A stretch of DNA of 32,000 nucleotides from Polynucleobacter necessarius. GTDB lineage: Bacteria > Pseudomonadota > Gammaproteobacteria > Burkholderiales > Burkholderiaceae. Numbering within the stretch: the first letter of the stretch is position 1; every line of letters starts with the position of its first letter. Where the stretch lies: NCBI RefSeq assembly GCF_900095195.1, contig NZ_LT606950.1, forward strand, positions 1 to 32,000. The letters are read 5' to 3'. Both the position numbers and the translations under genes were made by a program. Below, in pieces: positions 1 to 9,999 of this stretch. Below the pieces are notes generated by a model that made no database searches, was not told the origin of the DNA, and saw nothing but the letters and a program-made list of their open reading frames with translations.

Positions 1-243
1 GATGAAGGTGGTCGTCACACTCCATTCTTTAACAACTATCGTCCACAGTTCTACTTCCGTACCACGGACGTAACGGGCTCGATTGAGTTGCCAAAAGACA
101 AAGAGATGGTGATGCCTGGCGATAACGTCACGATTACCGTCAAACTCATCGCGCCAATCGCGATGGAAGAAGGCTTGCGTTTTGCGATCCGTGAAGGTGG
201 CCGTACTGTTGGCGCTGGCGTGGTTGCCAAGATTTTGGCTTAA
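1..243 (+). CDS. tuf: Elongation factor Tu, C-terminal 80 codons (5' end outside window)
   Basis: Frame 1 reads [43 protein letters not shown]...[17 protein letters not shown], the conserved EF-Tu C-terminus, with stop TAA at 241-243. It lies directly upstream of rpsJ. It is absent from the ORF track because it has no start in the window. Confidence 0.97.
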   Translation, partial: DEGGRHTPFFNNYRPQFYFRTTDVTGSIELPKDKEMVMPGDNVTITVKLIAPIAMEEGLRFAIREGGRTVGAGVVAKILA

Positions 244-286
244 GAAGTAGGTATTACTAGTAACAATATTTAGCGGTTTGCTAACC

Positions 287-313
287 GGTGACATCAGTGC
301 TGCTGATGTCACC
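287..313 (+). promoter_or_regulatory. Perfect 11-bp hairpin in the tuf-rpsJ spacer (possible attenuator or processing/leader structure)
   Basis: GGTGACATCAG (287-297) and CTGATGTCACC (303-313) are exact reverse complements around a 5-nt loop. No U-tract follows, so this is not a classical terminator. Loop-proximal GTGCTGC (297-303) is also complementary to GCAGCAC (337-343), which gives an alternative pairing. Confidence 0.35.
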
Positions 314-365
314 GTGCCCTTTAGAAGTATAACGTGGCAGCACCACACCGCTCTTTGGAATTAAT

Positions 366-677
366 ATGCAAAACCAAAAAATTCGTATTCGTCTTAAAGC
401 GTTTGATTACCGTTTGATCGACCAGTCAGCAGCTGAAATCGTAGATACAGCTAAGCGCACTGGTGCGGTTGTTAAGGGTCCAGTACCTTTACCAACTCGT
501 ATTGAGCGTTTTGACATTCTGCGTTCACCACACGTAAACAAGACTTCTCGTGATCAGTTGGAGATCCGAACCCATCTGCGTTTGATGGATATCGTTGATC
601 CTACAGAGAAAACGGTTGATGCCTTGATGAAATTGGACCTCCCAGCAGGTGTGGACGTCGAAATTAAGTTGCAGTAA
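366..677 (+). CDS. rpsJ: 30S ribosomal protein S10
   Basis: [21 protein letters not shown]...[22 protein letters not shown] is the canonical uS10 sequence. First gene of the S10 cluster. Confidence 0.98.
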   Translation: MQNQKIRIRLKAFDYRLIDQSAAEIVDTAKRTGAVVKGPVPLPTRIERFDILRSPHVNKTSRDQLEIRTHLRLMDIVDPTEKTVDALMKLDLPAGVDVEIKLQ

Positions 678-687
678 TTTGTTTTTT

Positions 688-720
688 CCAGTCCTGGCGC
701 TTGCCAAGACTGGGTTTTCG
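688..720 (+). terminator. Terminator/attenuator-like hairpin after rpsJ
   Basis: CCAGTCCTGGC (688-698) pairs with GCCAAGACTGG (703-713): 11 bp, one C:A mismatch, GCTT loop. It is followed by GTTTTCG. The U-tract is short, so at best this is a weak intrinsic terminator. Confidence 0.4.
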
Positions 721-729
721 GGATAGAAT
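701..729 (+). promoter_or_regulatory. Candidate sigma70 promoter inside the rpsJ-rplC spacer
   Basis: TTGCCA (701-706), a 17-nt spacer, then TAGAAT (724-729). Each hexamer is one mismatch from consensus. The -35 element lies in the descending arm of the preceding hairpin. Confidence 0.4.
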
Positions 730-875
730 CCAAGACTCTGCTGAATGAAATTTGGCAGTTTTTGAGGTTTTATTAGCATTAAAAACGTTGTAAGTTATTG
801 ATTTAGAAGTACTTTTACTTGTAAATCACTTAAATTAATTTTGCCGACCAATCGAAGTCGGCGTGGAGCATGAAT

Positions 876-1532
876 ATGAGCTTAGGCTTGATCGGCCGCA
901 AGGTCGGCATGACCCGTCTATTTACGGACGAAGGGGAAGCGATTCCTGTCACCGTAATTGACGTGAGCGACAACAGAATCGCTCAAATCAAGACACAGGC
1001 AACTGATGGCTATGACGCTATCCAGCTGGCACATGGCACACGGAGAGCTACTCGCGTTAGTAAATCAATGGCTGGTCACTTTGCTAAAGCGGGTGTTTTG
1101 GCTGGTAATGCACTCAACGAATTTCAATTAGATGCAGCAAAAATTGCAGAAATGACATTAGGACAAGTAATTCCTGCTGACGCTGCGTTTACTGCTGGTC
1201 AAAAAGTGGATGTACAAGGCGTAACAATCGGTAAAGGTTACGCAGGTACCATCAAGCGTTATCACTTCGCTTCTGGTCGCGCATCACACGGTAACTCTAG
1301 ATCACACAACGTACCAGGCTCTATTGGTATGGCGCAAGATCCAGGTCGTGTTTTCCCAGGTAAGCGCATGACTGGCCACCTTGGTGACGTTACACGTACC
1401 GTACAAAATTTAGTCATCGCACGCATTGATGCAGAACGCAATCTCATCATGGTTAAAGGCGCTATTCCAGGTGCCCCAGGCGGTAAAGTTATTGTTGCTC
1501 CAGCGGTAAAAACACCGTTGAAGAAAAAATAA
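876..1532 (+). CDS. rplC: 50S ribosomal protein L3
   Basis: [20 protein letters not shown]... is the canonical uL3 N-terminus. I prefer ATG 876 because SD GGAG (865-868) is 7 nt upstream. The track ORF starts at ATG 870, only 1 nt after the SD. Confidence 0.96.
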   Translation: MSLGLIGRKVGMTRLFTDEGEAIPVTVIDVSDNRIAQIKTQATDGYDAIQLAHGTRRATRVSKSMAGHFAKAGVLAGNALNEFQLDAAKIAEMTLGQVIPADAAFTAGQKVDVQGVTIGKGYAGTIKRYHFASGRASHGNSRSHNVPGSIGMAQDPGRVFPGKRMTGHLGDVTRTVQNLVIARIDAERNLIMVKGAIPGAPGGKVIVAPAVKTPLKKK

Positions 1533-1543
1533 GGAGAGCGAAT

Positions 1544-2164
1544 ATGGAACTTAAGCTTCTCCAAGACAACGGTACTTTAGGTGCGGGCGTACAGGCTTCG
1601 CCAGAAGTATTCGAGCGTGAATATAACGAGGCATTGGTACACCAGGTTGTAGTGGCTTACCAAGCAAATGCACGTAGCGGTAACCGTGCACAAAAAGACC
1701 GTGAGCAAGTGAAGCACACCACCAAGAAGCCTTGGCGTCAAAAAGGTACTGGTCGTGCCCGTGCTGGTATGAGCTCTTCTCCGCTGTGGCGCGGAGGTGG
1801 TCGTATATTCCCGAATTCTCCAGAAGAGAGTTTCAGCCAAAAAGTTAACAAGAAAATGTACCGCGCTGGTATGAGATCGATTTTGTCTCAGTTGGCTCGC
1901 GAAGGTCGTTTGAATGTGGTTGATCAATTCAATCTCGATGCTCCAAAAACCAGAGTTTTAGCCGAAAAAGTAAAAGTAATGGGCTTGGATTCAGTCTTGA
2001 TCATCGTTGATCAAGTTAGTGAGAATTTGTACTTGGCATCACGTAACTTGCATAAAGTTGCCGTGGTTGAGCCACAGCACGCTGATCCATTGGCTTTGGT
2101 TCAATACAAAAAAGTATTGGTAAGCAAAGCTGCGATCGCAAAAATTGAGGAGTTGCTGAAATGA
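1544..2164 (+). CDS. rplD: 50S ribosomal protein L4
   Basis: Contains [25 protein letters not shown], the uL4 signature. SD AGGAGA lies upstream. Its stop overlaps the rplW start (ATGA). Confidence 0.97.
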   Translation: MELKLLQDNGTLGAGVQASPEVFEREYNEALVHQVVVAYQANARSGNRAQKDREQVKHTTKKPWRQKGTGRARAGMSSSPLWRGGGRIFPNSPEESFSQKVNKKMYRAGMRSILSQLAREGRLNVVDQFNLDAPKTRVLAEKVKVMGLDSVLIIVDQVSENLYLASRNLHKVAVVEPQHADPLALVQYKKVLVSKAAIAKIEELLK

Positions 2165-2475
2165 GCCAAGTCCGTAAAAACGATCACAACCTGATGAAGG
2201 TTCTGCTTGGTCCTGTTATCTCTGAGAAAGCCACTATGGTTGCAGAGAAAAACGAACAAGTAGTTTCCCAAGTTGCTCGCGACGCTAACAAGACCGACGT
2301 GAAACAAGCAGTTGAATTGCTCTTCAAAGTGCAAGTTGACTCAGTTCAAATCGTGAATCAAAAAGGTAAGCCTAAGCGCTATGGCCGTTTTGAAGGTCGT
2401 CGTGACCACACTAAGAAGGCCTACGTGAATTTGAAGCCAGGTCAAGAAATCAACTTTGAAGCGGAGGCGAATTAA
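2161..2475 (+). CDS. rplW: 50S ribosomal protein L23
   Basis: [21 protein letters not shown]...KAYVNLKPG is the uL23 pattern. Position between rplD and rplB. Confidence 0.97.
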   Translation: MSQVRKNDHNLMKVLLGPVISEKATMVAEKNEQVVSQVARDANKTDVKQAVELLFKVQVDSVQIVNQKGKPKRYGRFEGRRDHTKKAYVNLKPGQEINFEAEAN

Positions 2476-2477
2476 TC

Positions 2478-3308
2478 ATGCCTTTGATGAAAACAAAACC
2501 GACCTCACCAGGTCGTCGCTCAATGGTCAAGGTGGTCAATCCTGACCTCCATAAAGGCAAGCCTTTTGCACCATTGTTAGAGCCACAGTTTCAAAAAGCA
2601 GGTCGTAATAACAACGGCCATGTCACTACTCGTCATAAGGGCGGTGGTCATAAGCATCACTACCGTGTTGTTGACTTTAAGCGCAACGACAAAGATGGTA
2701 TTCCAGCAAAAGTTGAGCGCTTGGAATACGATCCAAACCGAAGTGCCAATATTGCATTGATCGTGTTTGCTGATGGTGAGCGTCGTTATATTCCTGCTGC
2801 TAAAGGCATGACTGTTGGTCAGGCAATCATGAATGGCTCTGAAGCGCCAATCAAGTCTGGTAACAACTTGCCAGTTCGTAATATTCCAGTTGGTAGCACG
2901 ATTCACTGTGTAGAAATCCTCCCAGGCAAAGGCGCTCAAGTAGCACGTTCTGCTGGCGGTTCAGCAGTATTGCTGGCACGTGAGGGTGTTTACGCGCAAG
3001 TACGTTTGCGCTCTGGTGAAGTTCGCCGTATGTTGATTGAGTGCCGTGCCACTATTGGTGAAGTTGGTAACGAAGAGCACAGCTTGCGTCAAATCGGTAA
3101 AGCAGGTGCAAATCGCTGGCGTGGTATTCGCCCAACCGTTCGCGGTGTGGCAATGAACCCAGTAGATCACCCACACGGTGGTGGTGAAGGTAGAACTGGC
3201 GAAGGCCGTGTACCTGTATCTCCATGGGGCACTCCAACCAAAGGTTATCGCACACGTCGCAATAAGCGTACAACTTCGATGATCGTTCAACGTCGTCAAA
3301 AACGTTAA
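2478..3308 (+). CDS. rplB: 50S ribosomal protein L2
   Basis: TKPTSPGRR...[15 protein letters not shown]...[16 protein letters not shown] is the uL2 signature. Confidence 0.98.
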   Translation: MPLMKTKPTSPGRRSMVKVVNPDLHKGKPFAPLLEPQFQKAGRNNNGHVTTRHKGGGHKHHYRVVDFKRNDKDGIPAKVERLEYDPNRSANIALIVFADGERRYIPAAKGMTVGQAIMNGSEAPIKSGNNLPVRNIPVGSTIHCVEILPGKGAQVARSAGGSAVLLAREGVYAQVRLRSGEVRRMLIECRATIGEVGNEEHSLRQIGKAGANRWRGIRPTVRGVAMNPVDHPHGGGEGRTGEGRVPVSPWGTPTKGYRTRRNKRTTSMIVQRRQKR

Positions 3309-3329
3309 GCGATAAGGATAAATAGATAT

Positions 3330-3608
3330 ATGACACGTTCAGCTAAAAAAGGCCCATTCTGCGACGCCAGCTTAGTAAAAAAAGTTGAAGTTGCACAAGC
3401 CAACAAGGACAAAAAGCCGATCAAAACTTGGTCGCGCCGTTCAACAATCCTCCCAGACTTCATTGGTCTGACGATTGCTGTACATAACGGTCGCCAACAC
3501 GTTCCGGTTTATGTATCAGAAAACATGGTGGGTCATAAGTTAGGCGAATTTGCCTTGACACGTACTTTCAAGGGTCACGCTGCTGACAAGAAAGTAACGA
3601 GAAAGTAA
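3330..3608 (+). CDS. rpsS: 30S ribosomal protein S19
   Basis: [12 protein letters not shown]...[28 protein letters not shown] is the uS19 signature. Confidence 0.98.
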   Translation: MTRSAKKGPFCDASLVKKVEVAQANKDKKPIKTWSRRSTILPDFIGLTIAVHNGRQHVPVYVSENMVGHKLGEFALTRTFKGHAADKKVTRK

Positions 3609-3618
3609 GGGGATGATG

Positions 3619-3948
3619 ATGGAAGGTAAAGCTATTCACAAGGGTGCCCGCATTTCAGCGCAAAAGACACGTTTGGTTGCTGACCAAATCCGTGGTTTGC
3701 CGATTGCTCGCGCATTAAACATTTTGAACTTCAGCCCCAAAAAAGCTGCTTTCATTGTAAAAAAAGTCGTTGAGTCAGCGATTGCAAATGCTGAACACAA
3801 TAAAGGTGCTGACATTGATGAGCTCAAGGTATCAGCCGTGATCGTTGATAAGGCAACATCCTTGAAGCGCTTTACTGCGCGTGCTAAGGGTCGTGGCAAT
3901 CAAATTGAAAAACAAACTTGTCACATTAGTGTGACCTTGAGTAACTAA
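3619..3948 (+). CDS. rplV: 50S ribosomal protein L22
   Basis: [26 protein letters not shown] is the uL22 N-terminus. Three tandem ATGs sit at 3613, 3616 and 3619, after SD AAGGGG (3607-3612). I chose the third by spacing and family N-terminus; 3613 remains possible. Confidence 0.94.
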   Translation: MEGKAIHKGARISAQKTRLVADQIRGLPIARALNILNFSPKKAAFIVKKVVESAIANAEHNKGADIDELKVSAVIVDKATSLKRFTARAKGRGNQIEKQTCHISVTLSN

Positions 3949-3956
3949 GGAAAAAT

Positions 3957-4784
3957 ATGGGCCAAAAGATTAACCCTACCGGATTCCGACTCGCGGTAAC
4001 GAAGAATTGGACATCACGTTGGTATGCAAACAATACCGACTTCGCAAAGATGCTGAAAGAGGACGTAGATGTTCGCAGCTATTTGAAGAAGAAGTTAAAG
4101 AATGCATCAGTTAGCAAGGTTGTGATTGAGCGTCCCGCAAAGAACGCACGCATCACTATCTATAGCTCACGTCCAGGCGTTGTGATTGGTAAAAAAGGCG
4201 AGGACATCGAAGTGCTCCGTCGCGAATTGCAAAAACGCATGGGTGTTCCAGTTCACGTGAACATCGAAGAAATTCGTAAGCCAGAAGTTGACGCACAATT
4301 GATCGCTGACTCTATTACTCAACAGTTAGAGAAGCGCATCATGTTCCGTCGTGCGATGAAGCGCGCAATGCAAAGTGCTATGCGTCTTGGCGCACAAGGC
4401 ATCAAGATCATGTCATCTGGCCGTTTGAATGGTGCTGAGATTGCACGTCGCGAATGGTATCGCGAAGGTCGCGTTCCACTTCATACATTGAAGGCCGACA
4501 TTGGCTACGCAACTTCTGAAGCAGAAACCACTTACGGCATCATCGGTGTCAAAGTTTGGGTCTATAAGGGCGATACATTGGCTCGTGGCGCAGAAGCTCA
4601 AGCGGCTGCTCCATCTGCTGAACCCGCTGCCGAAGAAAAGAAAACTCGTCGTGCTCCAAGTAAAACAGCTGCTCGTAAACCAGCTGCTGGTGCTGACAAG
4701 CCATTAGTTGCTGCTAAACCAGCAGTAAGGCGTGTGCGCAAGGTTGAAGCACCTGCCGCCGATACGCAGAAGTCAGGAGAGTGA
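3957..4784 (+). CDS. rpsC: 30S ribosomal protein S3, with an Ala/Pro/Lys-rich C-terminal extension
   Basis: [12 protein letters not shown]...KH and uS3 C-domain motifs, followed by about 65 low-complexity residues ([25 protein letters not shown]...). Confidence 0.97.
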   Translation: MGQKINPTGFRLAVTKNWTSRWYANNTDFAKMLKEDVDVRSYLKKKLKNASVSKVVIERPAKNARITIYSSRPGVVIGKKGEDIEVLRRELQKRMGVPVHVNIEEIRKPEVDAQLIADSITQQLEKRIMFRRAMKRAMQSAMRLGAQGIKIMSSGRLNGAEIARREWYREGRVPLHTLKADIGYATSEAETTYGIIGVKVWVYKGDTLARGAEAQAAAPSAEPAAEEKKTRRAPSKTAARKPAAGADKPLVAAKPAVRRVRKVEAPAADTQKSGE

Positions 4785-4786
4785 GC

Positions 4787-5194
4787 ATGCTACAACCAAA
4801 GCGTCGCAAGTATCGTAAGGAACAAAAAGGTCGTAACACTGGCGTGGCAGCTCGCGGTAGTTCTGTAGCCTTTGGTGACTTTGGATTGAAGGCCGTTGGC
4901 CGTGGACGTTTGACTGCTCGTCAAATCGAGTCAGCACGTCGCGCAATGACCCGCCACATTAAACGTGGTGGTCGTATCTGGATTCGTATTTTCCCAGATA
5001 AGCCAATTTCACAAAAACCTGCTGAAGTGCGTATGGGTAACGGTAAAGGTAATCCAGAGTACTACGTAGCAGAAATCCAACCAGGCAAAGTGCTCTATGA
5101 GATGGATGGTGTAGACGAACAATTGGCGCGTGAAGCGTTCAAGCTCGCTGCAGCGAAGTTGCCATTGCAAACCACTTTCGTAATTCGCCACTGA
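4787..5194 (+). CDS. rplP: 50S ribosomal protein L16
   Basis: [19 protein letters not shown] is the canonical uL16 N-terminus. SD AGGAGA (4775-4780) is 6 nt upstream of ATG 4787. The track start (GTG 4781) abuts the SD. Confidence 0.96.
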   Translation: MLQPKRRKYRKEQKGRNTGVAARGSSVAFGDFGLKAVGRGRLTARQIESARRAMTRHIKRGGRIWIRIFPDKPISQKPAEVRMGNGKGNPEYYVAEIQPGKVLYEMDGVDEQLAREAFKLAAAKLPLQTTFVIRH

Positions 5195-5214
5195 GGTTGA
5201 TCGGAATAGAAATT

Positions 5215-5409
5215 ATGAAAAATAAAGAATTAGCAGTGAAGGATCTGACTGCCTTGAATGCAGAACTGACAGAGCTCTTGAAGGCAAATTTCAAGCTCCG
5301 TATGCAAAAGGGCACTCAGCAACTTACAAATACTAGCCAATTGGGTAAAACGAAGCGCGATATTGCTCGTGTGAAAACGTTTATTGCCAAAAAGACCGCG
5401 CAGAAATAA
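5215..5409 (+). CDS. rpmC: 50S ribosomal protein L29
   Basis: [31 protein letters not shown] matches the uL29 family from the first residue. The track start (TTG 5197) adds 6 non-conserved residues. Confidence 0.92.
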   Translation: MKNKELAVKDLTALNAELTELLKANFKLRMQKGTQQLTNTSQLGKTKRDIARVKTFIAKKTAQK

Positions 5410-5421
5410 GGAAAAAGGGAT

Positions 5422-5691
5422 ATGACCGAGTTATCTAAACCCTTGCACCGCACCCTGGTGGGCCGTGTTGTTAGCGACAAAATGCAAAAAACTGTGACCG
5501 TGTTGGTTGAGCGTCAAGTAAAGCATCCAGTGATTGGTAAGTATGTTGGCCAGTCCAAAAAGTACCATGCACATGACGAAGCAGGCACTTACAAGATAGG
5601 CGATACCGTGGAAATTGCTGAATCTAAGCCAATTTCACGTACTAAATCTTGGGTTGTGACCCGCTTGGTTGAGGCTTCTAAGGGTATTTAA
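5422..5691 (+). CDS. rpsQ: 30S ribosomal protein S17
   Basis: [33 protein letters not shown]...KYHAHDE is the uS17 signature. Last gene of the S10 block. Confidence 0.96.
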   Translation: MTELSKPLHRTLVGRVVSDKMQKTVTVLVERQVKHPVIGKYVGQSKKYHAHDEAGTYKIGDTVEIAESKPISRTKSWVVTRLVEASKGI

Positions 5692-5721
5692 AGCATTTTT
5701 AAGGGATTTTGGCGAAGATCC

Positions 5722-5751
5722 TTCCCAAATCTCTGTTTTGCGTAGTAGAAT
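5722..5751 (+). promoter_or_regulatory. Candidate spc-operon promoter
   Basis: TTCCCA (5722-5727), an 18-nt spacer, then TAGAAT (5746-5751), in the 183-nt rpsQ-rplN gap where the spc promoter is expected by analogy with E. coli. The match is only moderate. Confidence 0.3.
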
Positions 5752-5874
5752 GGATGGTTTCTCTAGTTTTATTGAGGAGCAGTGTTTTTCTTTAATTCCG
5801 GGTTTTAGCATTCGTTAAGGCCCATAGACGGAACCAAGACTGTTTGCCTTTGGCTAACAAGTTGGGGATTAGAA

Positions 5875-6243
5875 ATGATACAAACTGAAAGTAGATTGCA
5901 GGTTGCCGATAACACAGGCGCCGGTGAAGTTTTGTGCATCAAGGTATTAGGCGGCTCTAAGCGTCGTTACGCCAGCATCGGAGATGTGATCAAAGTCAGC
6001 GTTAAGTCCGCTGCTCCACGTGGCCGTGTAAAAAAAGGTGATATTTATAACGCTGTTGTAGTGAGAACAGCGAAGGGTGTTCGCCGTCCAGACGGTTCAT
6101 TGATTAGGTTCGATGCAAACGCTGCGGTATTGCTCAACGCTAAGTTAGAGCCAATCGGCACACGTATCTTTGGACCTGTCACACGCGAACTGCGTACTGA
6201 GAAGTTCATGAAGATCGTTTCACTCGCCCCCGAAGTTATTTAA
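5875..6243 (+). CDS. rplN: 50S ribosomal protein L14
   Basis: [33 protein letters not shown] is canonical uL14. Confidence 0.98.
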   Translation: MIQTESRLQVADNTGAGEVLCIKVLGGSKRRYASIGDVIKVSVKSAAPRGRVKKGDIYNAVVVRTAKGVRRPDGSLIRFDANAAVLLNAKLEPIGTRIFGPVTRELRTEKFMKIVSLAPEVI

Positions 6244-6252
6244 GAGGCTGAT

Positions 6253-6561
6253 ATGAAAAAGATTCGTAAAGGTGATTCCGTCGTTCTGTTGACTGGCCGC
6301 GATAAAGGCAAGCAAGGAACTGTAACGGCTGTTCTCGATGACAAGTTGCTCATCGAGGGTGTCAATGTATACAAAAAGAGCGTTAAACCTAATCCTGCTG
6401 CTGGTGTTACTGGCGGTTTGATTGATAAGACTATGCCTGTTCACATTTCAAATGTGGCTGTGGTTGACGGGAACGGCAAACCATCACGCGTTGGTATCAA
6501 ACTCGTGGACGGTAAAAAGCAACGTTTCCTTAAAACCACTGGCGCGACATTGAGCGCATAA
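6253..6561 (+). CDS. rplX: 50S ribosomal protein L24
   Basis: [24 protein letters not shown] is the KOW motif of uL24. Confidence 0.96.
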   Translation: MKKIRKGDSVVLLTGRDKGKQGTVTAVLDDKLLIEGVNVYKKSVKPNPAAGVTGGLIDKTMPVHISNVAVVDGNGKPSRVGIKLVDGKKQRFLKTTGATLSA

Positions 6562-6577
6562 GGGGCGGAGAGAAATT

Positions 6578-7120
6578 ATGAGCACACGTTTTCAAGAGCA
6601 CTACCAACAAAAAGTTGTAGCTGATTTGATCAACAAATTCGGTTACAAGTCTGTGATGGAAGTTCCACGCATTACCAAAGTGACCCTGAATATGGGTCTA
6701 GGCGAAGCTGTGAACGATAAAAAAGTAATCGAAAATGCCGTTGGTGATTTAACCAAAGTTGCCGGTCAAAAGCCCGTTGTAACCAAGGCTAAAAAAGCGA
6801 TTGCAGGTTTCAAAATTCGTCAAGGGTACCCAATCGGCGCCATGGTGACACTGCGTGGTCAGCGCATGTACGAATTCTTGGACCGTTTCGTGACTGTTGC
6901 ATTGCCACGCGTACGCGACTTCCGCGGTATTTCTGGTAAAGCATTTGATGGCCGTGGTAACTACAACATTGGCGTTAAAGAACAGATCATTTTTCCTGAG
7001 ATTGAATACGACAAAATTGATGTCCTCCGTGGTCTCAATATCAGCATTGCGACGACTGCTAAAACCGATGAAGAAGCAAAAGCTTTGTTGGCGGCATTCA
7101 AATTCCCTTTCCGCAATTAA
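6578..7120 (+). CDS. rplE: 50S ribosomal protein L5
   Basis: [19 protein letters not shown]...[20 protein letters not shown] is the uL5 signature. Confidence 0.98.
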   Translation: MSTRFQEHYQQKVVADLINKFGYKSVMEVPRITKVTLNMGLGEAVNDKKVIENAVGDLTKVAGQKPVVTKAKKAIAGFKIRQGYPIGAMVTLRGQRMYEFLDRFVTVALPRVRDFRGISGKAFDGRGNYNIGVKEQIIFPEIEYDKIDVLRGLNISIATTAKTDEEAKALLAAFKFPFRN

Positions 7121-7129
7121 GAGGCTAAC

Positions 7130-7435
7130 GTGGCAAAACTATCCCTAATTGAGCGCGAAAATAAGCGCGCAAAAACTGTAGAGAAGTACGCTGCCAAGCG
7201 TGCTGAACTCAAAGCGATCATTGCTGATAATTCACGCAGCGATGAAGAGCGCTATGAGGCTCGTTTGAAGCTGCAGGCTCTTCCACGTAATGCAAGCCCG
7301 ATTCGTCAAAGAAATCGTTGTTCATTAACCGGTCGCCCACGTGGCACATTCCGTAAATTCGGTTTGGCCCGCGGTAAGATTCGTGAAATCGCCTTCCGTG
7401 GCGAAATCCCCGGTTTAACCAAGGCCAGCTGGTAA
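7130..7435 (+). CDS. rpsN: 30S ribosomal protein S14 (long, non-zinc type)
   Basis: GTG start. [13 protein letters not shown]...[41 protein letters not shown] is the uS14 C-terminus. There are no CxxC pairs. Confidence 0.96.
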   Translation: MAKLSLIERENKRAKTVEKYAAKRAELKAIIADNSRSDEERYEARLKLQALPRNASPIRQRNRCSLTGRPRGTFRKFGLARGKIREIAFRGEIPGLTKASW

Positions 7436-7459
7436 GCGGCGAAAGAATTAGGAGAACTC

Positions 7460-7855
7460 ATGGGTATCAGCGATCCAATCGCCGACATGTTGACCCGGAT
7501 CCGCAATGCGCAAGCAGTGCAGAAGCCTTTGGTCACAATGCCGTCGTCAAAAGTGAAAGTAGCCATTGCAAAAGTATTGCAAGACGAGGGCTATATTGAA
7601 AGTTTCGAAATCAAAGGTGAGTCAGCTAAACCAGTGCTCCACATTGATCTCAAGTACTATGCAGGCCGCCCTGTTATTGAGCGTATTGACCGTGTATCTA
7701 CACCAAGCTTACGCATCTATAAAGGCCGTCATGACATTCCAGAAGTCATGAATGGTTTGGGCATCGCCATCATTTCAACCCCTAAAGGCGTAATGACAGA
7801 CCGCAAGGCACGTGCAACAGGCGTGGGTGGCGAAGTTATTTGCTACGTAGCTTAA
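7460..7855 (+). CDS. rpsH: 30S ribosomal protein S8
   Basis: [14 protein letters not shown]...[11 protein letters not shown] is the uS8 signature. Confidence 0.97.
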   Translation: MGISDPIADMLTRIRNAQAVQKPLVTMPSSKVKVAIAKVLQDEGYIESFEIKGESAKPVLHIDLKYYAGRPVIERIDRVSTPSLRIYKGRHDIPEVMNGLGIAIISTPKGVMTDRKARATGVGGEVICYVA

Positions 7856-7865
7856 GGAGCGAAAT

Positions 7866-8399
7866 ATGTCCCGCGTAGGTAAATCACCAATTCCAGTTCC
7901 GAAGGGAGCTGAAATCAGCATCAACGGCGCAAACATTACTGTTAAAGGCCCATTGGGTACATTGACATACAACTTGCACCCTTCTGTTGGTTTGAAACAA
8001 GAAGATGGCGTGTTGACAGTTGTATTAAATGACAACACTCCAGAGGCTGGTGCCTATTCCGGCACAGCACGTGCTTTGGTTAATAACATGGTTGTTGGCG
8101 TAACTACTGGCTTTGAGCGCAAGCTCAGCTTAGTTGGCGTTGGTTACCGTGCTCAAGCTCAAGGCGAAACATTGAAATTGCAGTTGGGTTTCTCACACGA
8201 CATTATTTACAACCTTCCAAAAGGTGTAAAAGCAGAGACTCCATCGCAAACCGAAATCATCATCAAAGGTTCCAACAAGCAACAAGTTGGCCAGGTCGCA
8301 GCTGAAGTTCGCGCATACCGTTCACCAGAGCTATACAAAGGCAGGGGTGTTCGCTACGTGGATGAGGTTGTGCATCTGAAAGAAACTAAGAAGAAGTAA
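7866..8399 (+). CDS. rplF: 50S ribosomal protein L6
   Basis: [31 protein letters not shown] is the uL6 N-terminus. Confidence 0.97.
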   Translation: MSRVGKSPIPVPKGAEISINGANITVKGPLGTLTYNLHPSVGLKQEDGVLTVVLNDNTPEAGAYSGTARALVNNMVVGVTTGFERKLSLVGVGYRAQAQGETLKLQLGFSHDIIYNLPKGVKAETPSQTEIIIKGSNKQQVGQVAAEVRAYRSPELYKGRGVRYVDEVVHLKETKKK

Positions 8400-8412
8400 G
8401 CGAGATTAGAAA

Positions 8413-8766
8413 ATGAATAAAGACGAATCTAGACAAAGACGTGCTCGGCAGACTCGTATTCGCATCGCTGAAGCAGGTGCAAATCGCTTAACTGTTATCC
8501 GTAGCAATTCCCATATTTCTGCACAGGTATATAGCCCATGCGGAACCAAAGTTGTAGCTGCTGCTTCAACAATGGAAAAAGATATGCGCCAAGCAATCAA
8601 AAATGGCGGCAATGCAGATGCAGCTAAACAAATCGGCAAGTTAGTTGCTGAGCGTGCTGTTAAGGCTGGCGTTGTGGACGTTGCTTTTGATCGCTCCGGT
8701 CACCGTTACCACGGCCGTATTAAGGTCTTAGCTGAAGCTGCGCGTGAAGCCGGCTTGAAGTTCTAA
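8413..8766 (+). CDS. rplR: 50S ribosomal protein L18
   Basis: [16 protein letters not shown]...[26 protein letters not shown] is the uL18 signature. Confidence 0.96.
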   Translation: MNKDESRQRRARQTRIRIAEAGANRLTVIRSNSHISAQVYSPCGTKVVAAASTMEKDMRQAIKNGGNADAAKQIGKLVAERAVKAGVVDVAFDRSGHRYHGRIKVLAEAAREAGLKF

Positions 8767-8783
8767 TAGGTTTAGGAAAAAAC

Positions 8784-9302
8784 ATGGCAAAAATGCAAGC
8801 TAAGATGCAAAACGAAGAGCGTGATGATGGTCTTCGCGAGAAGATGATTGCTGTTAATCGTGTAACTAAAGTAGTTAAGGGTGGTCGTATTCTCGGCTTC
8901 GCTGCACTCACTGTAGTTGGCGATGGTGATGGCCGCATTGGTATGGGAAAGGGCAAAGCAAAAGAAGTTCCAGTTGCTGTGCAAAAGGCAATGGACGAAG
9001 CTCGTCGCAAGATGATCAAGGTGCCTTTGCGTAAAGGTACGTTGCAACACTCCGTGCTTGGTCAACATGGCGCATCACACGTTTTGATCTCTCCAGCGAA
9101 AGACGGTACTGGCGTTATTGCTGGTGGCCCAATGCGCGCTATTTTTGATGTGATGGGTGTAACAAACGTTGTAGCAAAGTCACTTGGCTCAACAAACCCA
9201 TACAACATGGTTCGCGCAACGATTGATGGCTTAAGCAAGATGAGTACTCCTGCTGAGATTGCTGCTAAACGCGGTAAGTCAGTAGAAGAGATTCTCGGCT
9301 AA
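8784..9302 (+). CDS. rpsE: 30S ribosomal protein S5
   Basis: [47 protein letters not shown] is the uS5 signature. Confidence 0.97.
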   Translation: MAKMQAKMQNEERDDGLREKMIAVNRVTKVVKGGRILGFAALTVVGDGDGRIGMGKGKAKEVPVAVQKAMDEARRKMIKVPLRKGTLQHSVLGQHGASHVLISPAKDGTGVIAGGPMRAIFDVMGVTNVVAKSLGSTNPYNMVRATIDGLSKMSTPAEIAAKRGKSVEEILG

Positions 9303-9324
9303 GACCCATATTAGGAATCTACAA

Positions 9325-9513
9325 ATGACAAAATCAAACCCCAAAGTCAAATTGCAATTAGTGCGCAGTTTGATCGGTACACGCGAAAGTCACCGTGCAA
9401 CGGTGCGTGGCTTAGGCTTGGGTCGCATCAATTCAGTTTCTGAATTGGAAGACACTCCAGCTGTTCGCGGCATGATTAATAAAGTTTCTTATCTAGTGAA
9501 AGTCATTGGTTAA
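9325..9513 (+). CDS. rpmD: 50S ribosomal protein L30
   Basis: [29 protein letters not shown] is the uL30 pattern. Position between rpsE and rplO. Confidence 0.95.
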   Translation: MTKSNPKVKLQLVRSLIGTRESHRATVRGLGLGRINSVSELEDTPAVRGMINKVSYLVKVIG

Positions 9514-9540
9514 TAACTAGCTAGTAAATAGGCGAAGAAT

Positions 9541-9981
9541 ATGCAACTCAATACACTCAAACCCGCAGAAGGCTCTAAGAAAGCACGTCGTCGCGTAGGT
9601 CGCGGCATTGGCTCTGGTCTTGGTAAAACTGCTGGCCGTGGTCACAAAGGTCAAAAATCCCGCTCCGGTGGTTTCCATAAGGTTGGATTTGAAGGCGGTC
9701 AGATGCCTATGTGTCGTCGTTTGCCAAAACGCGGCTTCGTATCTTTGACACGTCGTCACGTTGGTCAAATTACATTGAACGATTTAGCAAAAATCAATTT
9801 GCCAGAAGTGGACTTATTGGTTTTGAAGGCACACGGCTTTGCTGGTGAGCAAATCAACGCAGTCAAGGTTATCAAGACTGGTGAGCTCAAGATTGCAGTA
9901 ACCATTAAGGGCATCACTGCAACTGCTGGCGCAATAGCAGCAATTGAAGCGGCTGGCGGCAAGCTTGTTGAGTTGGCTTAA
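9541..9981 (+). CDS. rplO: 50S ribosomal protein L15
   Basis: [43 protein letters not shown] is the uL15 N-terminus. Confidence 0.96.
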   Translation: MQLNTLKPAEGSKKARRRVGRGIGSGLGKTAGRGHKGQKSRSGGFHKVGFEGGQMPMCRRLPKRGFVSLTRRHVGQITLNDLAKINLPEVDLLVLKAHGFAGEQINAVKVIKTGELKIAVTIKGITATAGAIAAIEAAGGKLVELA

Positions 9982-9999
9982 TAGGTCTTGTCGGGTCAT

